A stretch of DNA of 64,000 nt from Blautia sp. (GTDB lineage: Bacteria; Bacillota; Clostridia; Lachnospirales; Lachnospiraceae). Below, piece after piece: positions 1 through 7,577 of this stretch. Numbering within the stretch: the stretch's first letter is position 1; each line of letters begins with the position of its first letter. The notes under the pieces are model-generated. The model worked only from the letters and a program-made list of their open reading frames with translations. It made no database searches and had not been told where the DNA came from. The position numbers and the translations under genes were made by a program. The DNA lies in contig JBJENG010000013.1 in assembly GCA_051880075.1 (NCBI GenBank), forward strand, positions 7,176 to 71,175, read 5' to 3'.

Positions 1-2
1 CA

Positions 3-668
3 GGAGCAGGATTGAAAAGAAATGACATCCTTCTGAATGATAAGCACCATGTAGCAATGTACTGTGGAAACGGAAAAGAAGTGGAAGCATCCATCAACGA
101 GAAAGGAACCGCAACAGGAGGTCAGCCGGGAGACCAGACAGGAAAAGAGTTTCTGATCCGCTCATACCGAAACTACCCTTGGACACATGTTTTCAGACTT
201 GAAGAAAGTGGTACATCCGGTACATCTGAAAAGAAAACTGTTTCAGAAGTTGCCAAGGAAGTAATTGCCGGAAAATGGGGAAACGGAGATGACAGAAAAA
301 CTGCACTTACCAATGCAGGTTACAATTATTCGGAAGTACAGGCAGAAGTAAATAAGCTGCTTAGCGGACAAAGTTCTGTACCGAAGAAAACCGTAGAGGA
401 GATAGCAAAAGAGGTTATCGCCGGAAAGTGGGGAAACGGTGATGCAAGAAAGACTGCCCTCACAAAAGCTGGATACGATGCTTCAGCTGTCCAGAAAAAG
501 GTCAATGAACTCTTGTCTGGAACTTCCGGAAAGAAATCAATCACAGAGATTGCAAAAGAAGTAATCGCTGGTAAATGGGGAAATGGAGAAACAAGAAAGA
601 AAAAGCTGACAGCGGCAGGGTATGATGCCTCTGCGGTACAGAAGAAAGTAAATGAATTGCTGAAATAA
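3..668 (+). CDS. Phage endolysin, 3' part (NlpC/P60/amidase_5-type catalytic domain end plus three CW_7 repeats); truncated by window start
   Basis: DILLNDKHHVAMYCGNG motif; three copies of KTxxExAKEVIAGKWGNGxxRKxxLTxAGY; frame open to window edge. Confidence 0.9.
   Translation, partial: GAGLKRNDILLNDKHHVAMYCGNGKEVEASINEKGTATGGQPGDQTGKEFLIRSYRNYPWTHVFRLEESGTSGTSEKKTVSEVAKEVIAGKWGNGDDRKTALTNAGYNYSEVQAEVNKLLSGQSSVPKKTVEEIAKEVIAGKWGNGDARKTALTKAGYDASAVQKKVNELLSGTSGKKSITEIAKEVIAGKWGNGETRKKKLTAAGYDASAVQKKVNELLK
234..665 (+). repeat. Three CW_7 (Cpl-7) cell-wall-binding repeats
   Basis: Units start at about 234, 387 and 534. Confidence 0.9.
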
Positions 669-675
669 GCAGTAT

Positions 676-706
676 GCCTCGGTCCTTAAAAGACCGGGGC
701 TTTTTC
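676..706 (+). terminator. Intrinsic terminator after endolysin
   Basis: gcctcggtc-cttaaaa-gaccggggc followed by ttttt. Confidence 0.8.
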
Positions 707-940
707 TGTTTTAGATAAGTTTGGTGGTTCAGATAAAAGAATTTTTGTCAAGAAAAATAATGAACAAAATTGCAGAGTAATTTTTGACGAAAAGCGTCAC
801 AGCGGACAAATGAGAAAGTCTGCATACTCTCCTTCATTAAAAGCAAAAGAGTCCTAAAAAGAAAATTACAGCTTCCTACGGAATATCATGAAAAAGCAGG
901 ATGATGATTACAAATGTAATCAGTTTCTTCCTATTAAAAG

Positions 941-1200
941 ATGACTGTAAATGTGATGTCAGCAATGACATACACAATGATTGAAAAATGATTTTTTATC
1001 AAAGAATATCATCAGTAATTTGCTATGCCCCAAAATAAGAATGATACGAAAAATGTAAAGTAATATCTGGACAAAATGAACGAATGACTGGAAAAATGAT
1101 GTCACAATGACGGTGCTATATAATAAAATAAAAAATATAAATATTATATAAATATATATACGTGATACCTGTCACAAATGCCGTCACATTTTCAGTCATT
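941..1200. repeat. Iteron-like repeats flanking a 44-bp pure A/T tract (putative origin)
   Basis: ATGACTGTAAATGTGATGTCAGCAATGAC (941-969), ATGACTGGAAAAATGATGTCACAATGAC (1084-1111), inverted ATGACTGAAAATGTGACGGCATTTGTGAC (1199-1171); A/T only at 1117-1160. Confidence 0.6.
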
Positions 1201-1779
1201 CATTGATTCTCTTCTTATTGCTTCGTAAAGTCCGAAGTAATCTACTTTCTCCGGATGGAGATTCAGTAAAGATTGGAAGGTTATTGTTTTCTGGTTCGGG
1301 ACCTTCTGATCCAATGTCTTTGTTGAAATCACATAGAAATCCCACAACGATAAATCAAGTATATTTTGATCACGACTCATGGCAGTCCAAACGCAGAACA
1401 CGTATACGTCTGAGTGCCTGCAGTATTCTGATTTGTCAGAGTAGTTTCCAGTAGAGTCTAGTGATTTAGCTGGTGCTATACGAAAAGATATTCTCGCAGG
1501 ATGTTCGCTTTCCCAAGATTGTATGTATGCAGAAGATTTGACTTCCACTCTGATACCGTCCGGACTAAGTAAATCATATGAATCCATAGAAACTCGAAAA
1601 TTTGTTCGGGGGGGGGTATTATTACATTGAGTATTCATGGCTTCACGAACAATGAATTCTGCGAAAGCTCCTCGGTTTACATTCCGGATAATGTCAGAAT
1701 ATGCCCATGACCAGAAATCTAGCACAGAGCTGTCAAGCTCCTTGTCTCTAAAAGTAAGTTTTTCATTACCACTGTACAT
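1192..1779 (-). CDS. Hypothetical protein with PD-(D/E)xK nuclease-like motif
   Basis: RGAFAEFIV...YDLLSPDGIRVEVKSS; RBS gaggtg; internal C9 tract at 1608-1616. Confidence 0.6.
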   Translation of the reverse strand: MYSGNEKLTFRDKELDSSVLDFWSWAYSDIIRNVNRGAFAEFIVREAMNTQCNNTPPRTNFRVSMDSYDLLSPDGIRVEVKSSAYIQSWESEHPARISFRIAPAKSLDSTGNYSDKSEYCRHSDVYVFCVWTAMSRDQNILDLSLWDFYVISTKTLDQKVPNQKTITFQSLLNLHPEKVDYFGLYEAIRRESMND

Positions 1780-1840
1780 AGAATCACCTCAAATATGTTT
1801 CCTTTAGGATAACAAAGATGGTAACAAAAAACAATTACAC

Positions 1841-1901
1841 AATGTAAAAATAATGCTTGACAGTAGCGAACGCAAGAGTGCTACGATTACGCCACGATAA
1901 A
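1841..1901 (+). promoter_or_regulatory. Early promoter cassette P1
   Basis: TTGACA(1857)-19 nt-TACGAT(1882) with TG extension, followed by tACGccACGATAAA. Confidence 0.7.
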
Positions 1902-1949
1902 AACAAATTTAAAGTAGATTGCTGATTGATTTCATAAGGAGAAAAGCAT

Positions 1950-2189
1950 ATGACAAGAAGAAAAATGTTAGAACAGATTACCTATGAGCTTGAAGAGATT
2001 GCTGAAAAAGAAGCAATGTTTTTGTTTAGAACAGCAAGAAGAGCCGAGAAGCATGGATGTTCGTGGGAACTTATAGAAGGGCTCAGGGAAGAGGGATTCT
2101 GGTTGCATGACACAGCTGCTGCATATCCAGACAGATTGGTACATCCGGAAAGAGATTATAAAATGAAGTATGCATTTAAAGTAAAATAG
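1950..2189 (+). CDS. Hypothetical early protein
   Basis: ORF with RBS aaggag directly behind P1. Confidence 0.75.
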   Translation: MTRRKMLEQITYELEEIAEKEAMFLFRTARRAEKHGCSWELIEGLREEGFWLHDTAAAYPDRLVHPERDYKMKYAFKVK

Positions 2190-2198
2190 AGGAGGCGG

Positions 2199-2399
2199 AT
2201 GGATATGATAAAAATAAGAGTAACAAAGAAAAAAGTCAAAAATGAAGAAAGATTCTTTTTAGAGTATATTTACTACTTGGATGGAGGCAGAACAAAAGTA
2301 GTTCCTGTAAGATGTGAACCGAGAGGATGGAAAACTCTAAACGGAGCATTGAGGTTTGCGAAAAAATTAGGTTATGAAGTGATTCAGGGGGTGATGTGA
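2199..2399 (+). CDS. Hypothetical early protein
   Basis: RBS gaggagg; WKTLNGALRFAKKLGY motif. Confidence 0.7.
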   Translation: MDMIKIRVTKKKVKNEERFFLEYIYYLDGGRTKVVPVRCEPRGWKTLNGALRFAKKLGYEVIQGVM

Positions 2400-2590
2400 T
2401 GAAAAAAAGTTTAGAAGAAGCAATGAACAGGGCAAAACAGATGAGCGTTGAACATCCGGATATAGCATACGCTGTTATGGATAAGAAAAGAAAAAGAGCA
2501 GTTGTTACTTCGTGCGGTTTCGTCTTGAAAGAAAGAATACTTGAAGGATGGACGATGGTTGCGAAGTTTAAGAATGGAAAAGAAGTATAA
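2399..2590 (+). CDS. Hypothetical early protein
   Basis: Start overlaps upstream stop; RBS agggggtg. Confidence 0.7.
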   Translation: MKKSLEEAMNRAKQMSVEHPDIAYAVMDKKRKRAVVTSCGFVLKERILEGWTMVAKFKNGKEV

Positions 2591-2596
2591 CGTCAT

Positions 2597-2648
2597 AAAA
2601 CTGCTTGACTGCCAGCGAAACAGCCTGTTACGATGACGATACGATAAA
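2597..2648 (+). promoter_or_regulatory. Early promoter cassette P2
   Basis: TTGACT(2605)-18 nt-TACGAT(2629), then gACGatACGATAAA. Confidence 0.7.
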
Positions 2649-2693
2649 TCAATCCCCGTGATTTACCGAATAAACGGAAAGGAGGAAAGTCCG

Positions 2694-2855
2694 ATGGGGA
2701 AACGGAAGAAAAAGCCGGAAACGGACAAAGAAAAAGAACTGTTAGAAAAGCGGTTGCTTAAAGCACAAATTGCCGCCACCATTGCTGGAGTTATTGCTGG
2801 AACAATAACTGCTATATCAGCTCTGGTAACGGCAATCGCCACATGCTTCAAGTAA
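2694..2855 (+). CDS. Small basic-N-terminus, single-TM protein (type I toxin-like)
   Basis: RBS aaaggagg; MGKRKKKP... then hydrophobic AQIAATIAGVIAGTITAISALVTAIATCFK. Confidence 0.65.
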   Translation: MGKRKKKPETDKEKELLEKRLLKAQIAATIAGVIAGTITAISALVTAIATCFK

Positions 2856-2905
2856 ACTGTAAACAGTCCTCAAAGGCTTGGGAGTTTCTGCTCCCTTGCC
2901 ATTTG

Positions 2906-2934
2906 AGTTTAGCATAAAGGAGGATGAAAGTAAA
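2906..2934 (-). promoter_or_regulatory. Antisense sigma-A-type promoter pointing into the small TM gene
   Basis: Minus strand TTTACT-17 nt-TAAACT with TGn extension. Confidence 0.5.
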
Positions 2935-3128
2935 TGTTAAAAAAAGATAATAGAGTAAGCAGAACAGTACAGTACACAGCGTTATTACTCCTTGCCATAG
3001 AGATTATTGTTTGGACTATTAAGGGGATGAATGAATTTCTTCTGGTTGCAATCCTGGCAACGAGTTTTGTTGAAGTTTCTTCCTGTGTTATTTTACTTAG
3101 AAGAGCATTGGAACAGTTGGAAAAATAG
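2934..3128 (+). CDS. Small two-TM membrane protein
   Basis: RBS aaaggagg; two hydrophobic segments. Confidence 0.7.
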   Translation: MLKKDNRVSRTVQYTALLLLAIEIIVWTIKGMNEFLLVAILATSFVEVSSCVILLRRALEQLEK

Positions 3129-3133
3129 ATGTG

Positions 3134-3164
3134 AATTACAGCTGCTACGGTGGCTGTAATTTTA
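3134..3164 (+). terminator. Hairpin/terminator
   Basis: aattacagctgc-tacg-gtggctgtaatt followed by tt. Confidence 0.55.
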
Positions 3165-3194
3165 TGCCCGAAAACCGGGAGAAAGGATGAAAAG

Positions 3195-3962
3195 ATGGGA
3201 AGATTGAAACATTATCAGAATTGCGATGTAGTCATAGCTCAAGGAGATACTCCAGAATTAGTTGCGGATCAGGAAGACGGAATGGTCCATCAGGAGCTGA
3301 AGAATTGCAACACACATAACGGACTCAAGAAGCAGGACGGAGGAAAACGCTTCCTCACAGACAATGAGATTAAGATTCTTGTCGAGCAGTTTGTGAGAGA
3401 TGATGAAATAATCGCACAGACGTATGAAGAGATTTCAAAAAGAAGGAAAGATAAGAATTTCCAGTACAGCCTTGTGAAGCAGGGAGTTTCAATGACAATA
3501 GTTTCAAGATTTTGTGATATGGGAATTGCAAGACCGAGTGCAATGAAGCTGGCCATGGGAGTTGTCAATATCCTGTATGACCTGTATGTAGCTGAGTGTC
3601 AGGTTAAACAGAGAACAGAAAAGGAAGACGGTTCTCCGGTTGCTGAGATAGATGCTAATTTGGAAACTCCAGAAAACGATGAATCGGGTGAGTTGAAGAA
3701 AGAAGTTGAAGCAGACAACAAAGAAAAAATATCACAGAATATCAGAAAGATTATGGTTTCTCCGAAAAGTATCACATTAGAGAATGCAGTAATCGAAGCC
3801 GGGAAAATCAAGAGTCTCATGGAAATGATGGACAGCTATTATTATGATTATCTGTCTGCAGATGCCAGTGAAAAGATGCAGTCGTTCTACTGTGTGTTCG
3901 ATATCCTGAAGAAACGATATGAAGAATTTGAAGAAGGTTTACAGCACGTTATTTACGGATAA
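3195..3962 (+). CDS. Hypothetical protein
   Basis: Long ORF; RBS gaaagga before ATG 3195. Confidence 0.75.
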   Translation: MGRLKHYQNCDVVIAQGDTPELVADQEDGMVHQELKNCNTHNGLKKQDGGKRFLTDNEIKILVEQFVRDDEIIAQTYEEISKRRKDKNFQYSLVKQGVSMTIVSRFCDMGIARPSAMKLAMGVVNILYDLYVAECQVKQRTEKEDGSPVAEIDANLETPENDESGELKKEVEADNKEKISQNIRKIMVSPKSITLENAVIEAGKIKSLMEMMDSYYYDYLSADASEKMQSFYCVFDILKKRYEEFEEGLQHVIYG

Positions 3963-3992
3963 AAGTGTGGCTGTTATTTTTTTGACCGAAAT

Positions 3993-4071
3993 TGTAAAAA
4001 TATTGCTTGACACAGTACGCAGATGTAGACTACGATAACGTCACAATAAACAATTACAAATCAAATGGAGG
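3993..4071 (+). repeat. 79-bp promoter+RBS cassette P3 (direct repeat copy 1)
   Basis: Identical to 7578-7656 except one base; TTGACA(4007)-18-TACGAT(4031); ends in GGAGG. Confidence 0.95.
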
Positions 4072-4079
4072 AAAAGAAA

Positions 4080-4313
4080 GTGACAGTTAATGGTAGAAGA
4101 AGATTCGTAAGCAACACAGGGAAAAGATACTATGTAAGCAACATGTGCAAGCAGGATATCAAAGGAGAAGAAAAGTACAATCTGGAAGTCGAGAAAGACG
4201 GTAAGCAAAGATTGTGCTACGGTCCATTCCTTGAGCTGCTGAAATTCAAGACCATTAAAGAAGCACAGAGATACGTTCTCTACAACGAAATCACAATCGA
4301 AACAATGTGGTAG
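4080..4313 (+). CDS. Hypothetical early protein
   Basis: GTG start behind cassette RBS (ORF track starts at 4065). Confidence 0.7.
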   Translation: MTVNGRRRFVSNTGKRYYVSNMCKQDIKGEEKYNLEVEKDGKQRLCYGPFLELLKFKTIKEAQRYVLYNEITIETMW

Positions 4314-4326
4314 GAGGAAAGAGATC

Positions 4327-4533
4327 ATGATGAATAGAAGTAAGTCAGCAAAAAGAGAATTTTATTAGGACAGATACAATCCGGATAAGAAATGGGAAGT
4401 AGTAAAGATGGTCGGAGGATATTACCTCAGACAGTATGTGAAAGGTCAGCAGTTTGGAAACGGTCTCCGGACCACAAAGAAGTTCATTGAAAGCATCGGG
4501 ATATTTGACTTTGAAAGAGTTGAGTCGGCATAA
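4327..4533 (+). pseudogene. 68-codon gene interrupted by in-frame TAG
   Basis: RBS aggagg; MMNRSKSAKREFY*DRYNPDKKWEVVKMVGGYYLRQYVKG...; TAG at 4366-4368, frame continues to TAA abutting the next RBS. Confidence 0.7.
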
Positions 4534-4546
4534 GGAGGTGAGAGTG

Positions 4547-4726
4547 ATGGCATACACAAGGAAGACCATAGATGTTTGGGAGATGTATGTTGATTATGGA
4601 TGTGGATAGGAATATGAGCTGTCAGAGTACAGCTTGCAAGAAATCAAGAAGAGAAAGAAAGAGTACAAAGAGAATTGTCCTCAGTACCCGGTAAAAAATG
4701 TTAAGAAAAGAGAAAGGAAAAATTGA
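4547..4726 (+). pseudogene. 59-codon gene interrupted by in-frame TAG
   Basis: RBS aaggaggtg; MAYTRKTIDVWEMYVDYGCG*EYELSEYS...KKRERKN; TAG at 4607-4609. Confidence 0.7.
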
Positions 4727-4728
4727 TT

Positions 4729-5130
4729 ATGGCAACAAGAGAAGAAATGAAAGTTGAAGCATTGGATAGAATGAAAACTCTCAGCATCCAAGAAAATGCA
4801 ATTCGTGAGTTCAAAAATGAAGACAAGTTGAATAAGTCGGAAAAAGGGATCCTGTTTTGGATTTCGGATGAAGAAGAAAAGATGGTAAGAGACTGGGAGA
4901 AGTCTACCGGGAACATTGTTTACCATGCGATTTACAATGTGTTTGAGTTCGGAAGATGTCTGAGCCTGTTGTATGTTAGTGAGTATGATGAGGAATGGGA
5001 ATACGACAGAGAGGATATGAAAGAAGGAATTGCTATTGCACATTGCCTGAATCTTGATAATCCGCAGTGTTCGGAAAGTGGATCAATCGGTGTCAGACCG
5101 TGCTTCGGTGGAGTTGCAAGAATTTGGTAG
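4729..5130 (+). CDS. Hypothetical acidic protein
   Basis: ORF in operon, RBS aaagga. Confidence 0.8.
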   Translation: MATREEMKVEALDRMKTLSIQENAIREFKNEDKLNKSEKGILFWISDEEEKMVRDWEKSTGNIVYHAIYNVFEFGRCLSLLYVSEYDEEWEYDREDMKEGIAIAHCLNLDNPQCSESGSIGVRPCFGGVARIW

Positions 5131-5141
5131 GAGGTTTTCAG

Positions 5142-5603
5142 ATGGAACTGATTAAGTACAAGACAATTATGAAAGAAGAAGGAACAGTTGGGATAGTAAG
5201 AGAAAATGGATATGAAATCGAGTACAGGCAATTGGACAACGCAAGAAAGATAGAAACCGTAATGAAGGAAGCGTTCTCCATTCATAAAGAAACTGAAGAG
5301 TACCTGTACGAGATATGCTTTGATACGAAACTCAAACCGCTTGCAGTATTTGAAGTATCACACGGTACAGTAAATGGAACGATTGTATCGCCAAGAGAGT
5401 TTTTCCAAAAAGCATTGTTAGCTGGTGCGGTTGGAGTTGTAGCTGTTCATAATCATCCGACAGGATGCTGCGAACCGAGCAAACAAGATGACGAGACTGC
5501 TCGTAGCTTAAGAGAAGCCGGGAAACTTATCGGAATCGAACTTCTGGATTTTATGATTATTGGAAATGAAAGCTACAGCTATAGAGAATGCGGAAGATTG
5601 TAA
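5142..5603 (+). CDS. RadC-like JAB domain protein
   Basis: VSHGTVNGTIVSPREFF...HNHPTG...PSKQDD...LLDFMIIG. Confidence 0.9.
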   Translation: MELIKYKTIMKEEGTVGIVRENGYEIEYRQLDNARKIETVMKEAFSIHKETEEYLYEICFDTKLKPLAVFEVSHGTVNGTIVSPREFFQKALLAGAVGVVAVHNHPTGCCEPSKQDDETARSLREAGKLIGIELLDFMIIGNESYSYRECGRL

Positions 5604-5629
5604 AAATTTAGAGACAGGAGGGAAAGCGA

Positions 5630-5800
5630 ATGGCAGATAGAAGCAACCACAAACTGAATGAGGAAATTGAAAGACATATCCGGCAATGGGATGGAACAAT
5701 ACACGGTCAGTGTGTGAAGAATATGTACGAGAACGGAACCAGCTACGAAGGGATCTGTGAATATGCTGGAATCGACTATGAAGATTATGAAGATAGATGA
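5630..5800 (+). CDS. 56-aa acidic protein (not in ORF track)
   Basis: RBS aggaggg; MADRSNHKLNEEIERHIRQWDGTIHGQCVKNMYENGTSYEGICEYAGIDYEDYEDR. Confidence 0.7.
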   Translation: MADRSNHKLNEEIERHIRQWDGTIHGQCVKNMYENGTSYEGICEYAGIDYEDYEDR

Positions 5801-5894
5801 ATGTAAATACGTACAAAGTAGTTTGTGTGAAGAATTTGACATTCTATAGAATGTTGAAGATATAAATAATATTTAAGAATATGGAGGAAAAGAC

Positions 5895-6758
5895 ATGAGA
5901 GAAGAAATTTTAAGAGAATTAGTTGAAGAGGTAATGCAAGTAGCTGGGAAAGAGTATGAGGTTCGTAGTAATCTGGTAAAGAAGAATAACGATGTTGAAC
6001 TCAGGGCAATCATTGTGAGAATGCCGGACGAAGTAATATCTCCAACGATATATGTTGATAAGTACCTTGAAGGCATTGATAACGGACTGATGACAGCAGA
6101 GGAAGCTGCGAAGGAAGTGTTCAGTGTTTACGAGGACAGCAAGAACCAGATTTTAGGAATTGATATATCAAAGATGATGACCAAAGAATACATTCTGAAC
6201 CATGTGGAATATCAGATGGTTAATGCGGAACGTAATGCAGAGAGGATCCAGATAGTGCCTAATAAGAAGATTGCAGACCTTGCAGCACTCTACAGAACGG
6301 TCGTAAGTAATGATGAAAACAGAACAGCCAGTTACATTGTTACAAACGAAGCTATGGTTAATGCCGGTATCAACATCAAAGAACTTGATGAAGCAGCTGA
6401 ACGCAATACAGAAAAGAGTGGGTTTGTAATAGAGACCATTGCTGAAATGATGGGAATTCCGGAAATTAGCGAAGTTCCTCAGATGTTTGTATTGTCAAAT
6501 GCAAGAAAGACTAATGGAGCAAACATCATTCTGTACAAAAAAGAACTAGCAAAGCTTGCACAAAGAATTGGTGGAGACTTCTTCATCTTGCCATCCAGCA
6601 TTCACGAACTGCTTGCTATTCCTGTATCACAGGCTGAGACAGAACAGCTTAGACAGATGGTAAAAGAAGTGAACGATACTGAGGTTGCTCCAGATGAAAT
6701 TCTGGGATACGAAGTGTACCGATACAATAGTGAAACTGGAGAGGTTGAGATAACTTAG
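5895..6758 (+). CDS. DUF5688-family protein
   Basis: VKKNNDV...SPTIYV...MFVLSN...FFILPSSIHELL...MVKEVNDTEV motifs. Confidence 0.8.
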   Translation: MREEILRELVEEVMQVAGKEYEVRSNLVKKNNDVELRAIIVRMPDEVISPTIYVDKYLEGIDNGLMTAEEAAKEVFSVYEDSKNQILGIDISKMMTKEYILNHVEYQMVNAERNAERIQIVPNKKIADLAALYRTVVSNDENRTASYIVTNEAMVNAGINIKELDEAAERNTEKSGFVIETIAEMMGIPEISEVPQMFVLSNARKTNGANIILYKKELAKLAQRIGGDFFILPSSIHELLAIPVSQAETEQLRQMVKEVNDTEVAPDEILGYEVYRYNSETGEVEIT

Positions 6759-6800
6759 TAAGCAAATCAGTAGATGCAAATAGATTGGAGGAAGAACAGC

Positions 6801-7199
6801 ATGGAAGAAAAGTTAAGGATGGAGATGGAGATTGTGGTAACCCAAGAAGATATAGATGACATTATGTGTTCGGCTCTGGAAGGTGGAATCAATTACTGGT
6901 GTGATACAGCCAAGGTTCCGGAAGAAAAGAGAGTTGCCAGATGGGGACACGAACAGATAGCCAGAGATGGAGAGCTGCACATGCATCTGATTGAGCCATT
7001 CGATGACGATGATACGGAATGGTATATCTTGACAAAGGAACGGTTTATCGGTGGACTGGAGAAATATCTTAAAGAACCGAATCACGGATGCCTTGAAATG
7101 GACGGAAAGCATTTGGTAATTGACGCAGGAAACATTGATGCAAACGCAGCAGATATGATTGTCCAGTATGCTTTATTCGGAGAGATCGTCTTCGGATAA
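6801..7199 (+). CDS. Hypothetical acidic phage protein
   Basis: RBS ggagg; ALEGGINYWC...DANAADMIVQYALFGEIVFG. Confidence 0.8.
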   Translation: MEEKLRMEMEIVVTQEDIDDIMCSALEGGINYWCDTAKVPEEKRVARWGHEQIARDGELHMHLIEPFDDDDTEWYILTKERFIGGLEKYLKEPNHGCLEMDGKHLVIDAGNIDANAADMIVQYALFGEIVFG

Positions 7200-7212
7200 T
7201 TTTTTTAACAGA

Positions 7213-7232
7213 CAGTAAGCATATGCGTACTG
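7213..7232. promoter_or_regulatory. Palindromic operator-like site upstream of HTH gene
   Basis: CAGTAaGCATATGCgTACTG; reverse complement matches the P3/P4 spacer region at 15/20. Confidence 0.5.
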
Positions 7233-7352
7233 AAGGGAGATTTGAAGCTCTAATTGTTGCAAATACGGTTCAAAAGAAAGAATGGCATATATTTCTTCAG
7301 AACCGATTGCACATAGAAAATAAAAGCCTATATGGCAGAAAGGAGGTAGCGG

Positions 7353-7535
7353 ATGTCATTAAATGAGAATCTTAAAAAGCTGATTGAGGAAAACACCACG
7401 CAGGCAGAACTGGCAAAGAAGATGGGAATTCACAGACAGACTCTGAATGATTCACTCAGGAGAGATATGAGACTTACGAAGTTTGAAAAGATTGTAGATG
7501 CTCTGGGATATAAGGTTGTTTTCGTCAAAAAGTAA
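7353..7535 (+). CDS. Cro/XRE-family helix-turn-helix regulator
   Basis: TTQAELAKKMGIHRQTLNDSLRR; RBS aaaggaggt. Confidence 0.85.
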   Translation: MSLNENLKKLIEENTTQAELAKKMGIHRQTLNDSLRRDMRLTKFEKIVDALGYKVVFVKK

Positions 7536-7536
7536 T

Positions 7537-7568
7537 TTTTTGAGGTACATCCGGCAGTACCTCAAAAA
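7537..7568. terminator. Hairpin after HTH gene
   Basis: tttttgaggtac-atccggca-gtacctcaaaaa. Confidence 0.5.
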
Positions 7569-7577
7569 TGAAAATAA

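Noticed and set aside
4327-4726. Element-wide TAG recoding (genetic code 15)
   Set aside because: Long phage genes have no internal TAG, TAG is a true stop next to RBSs (4313, 5130, 9555), and the two ambers appear to replace different residues
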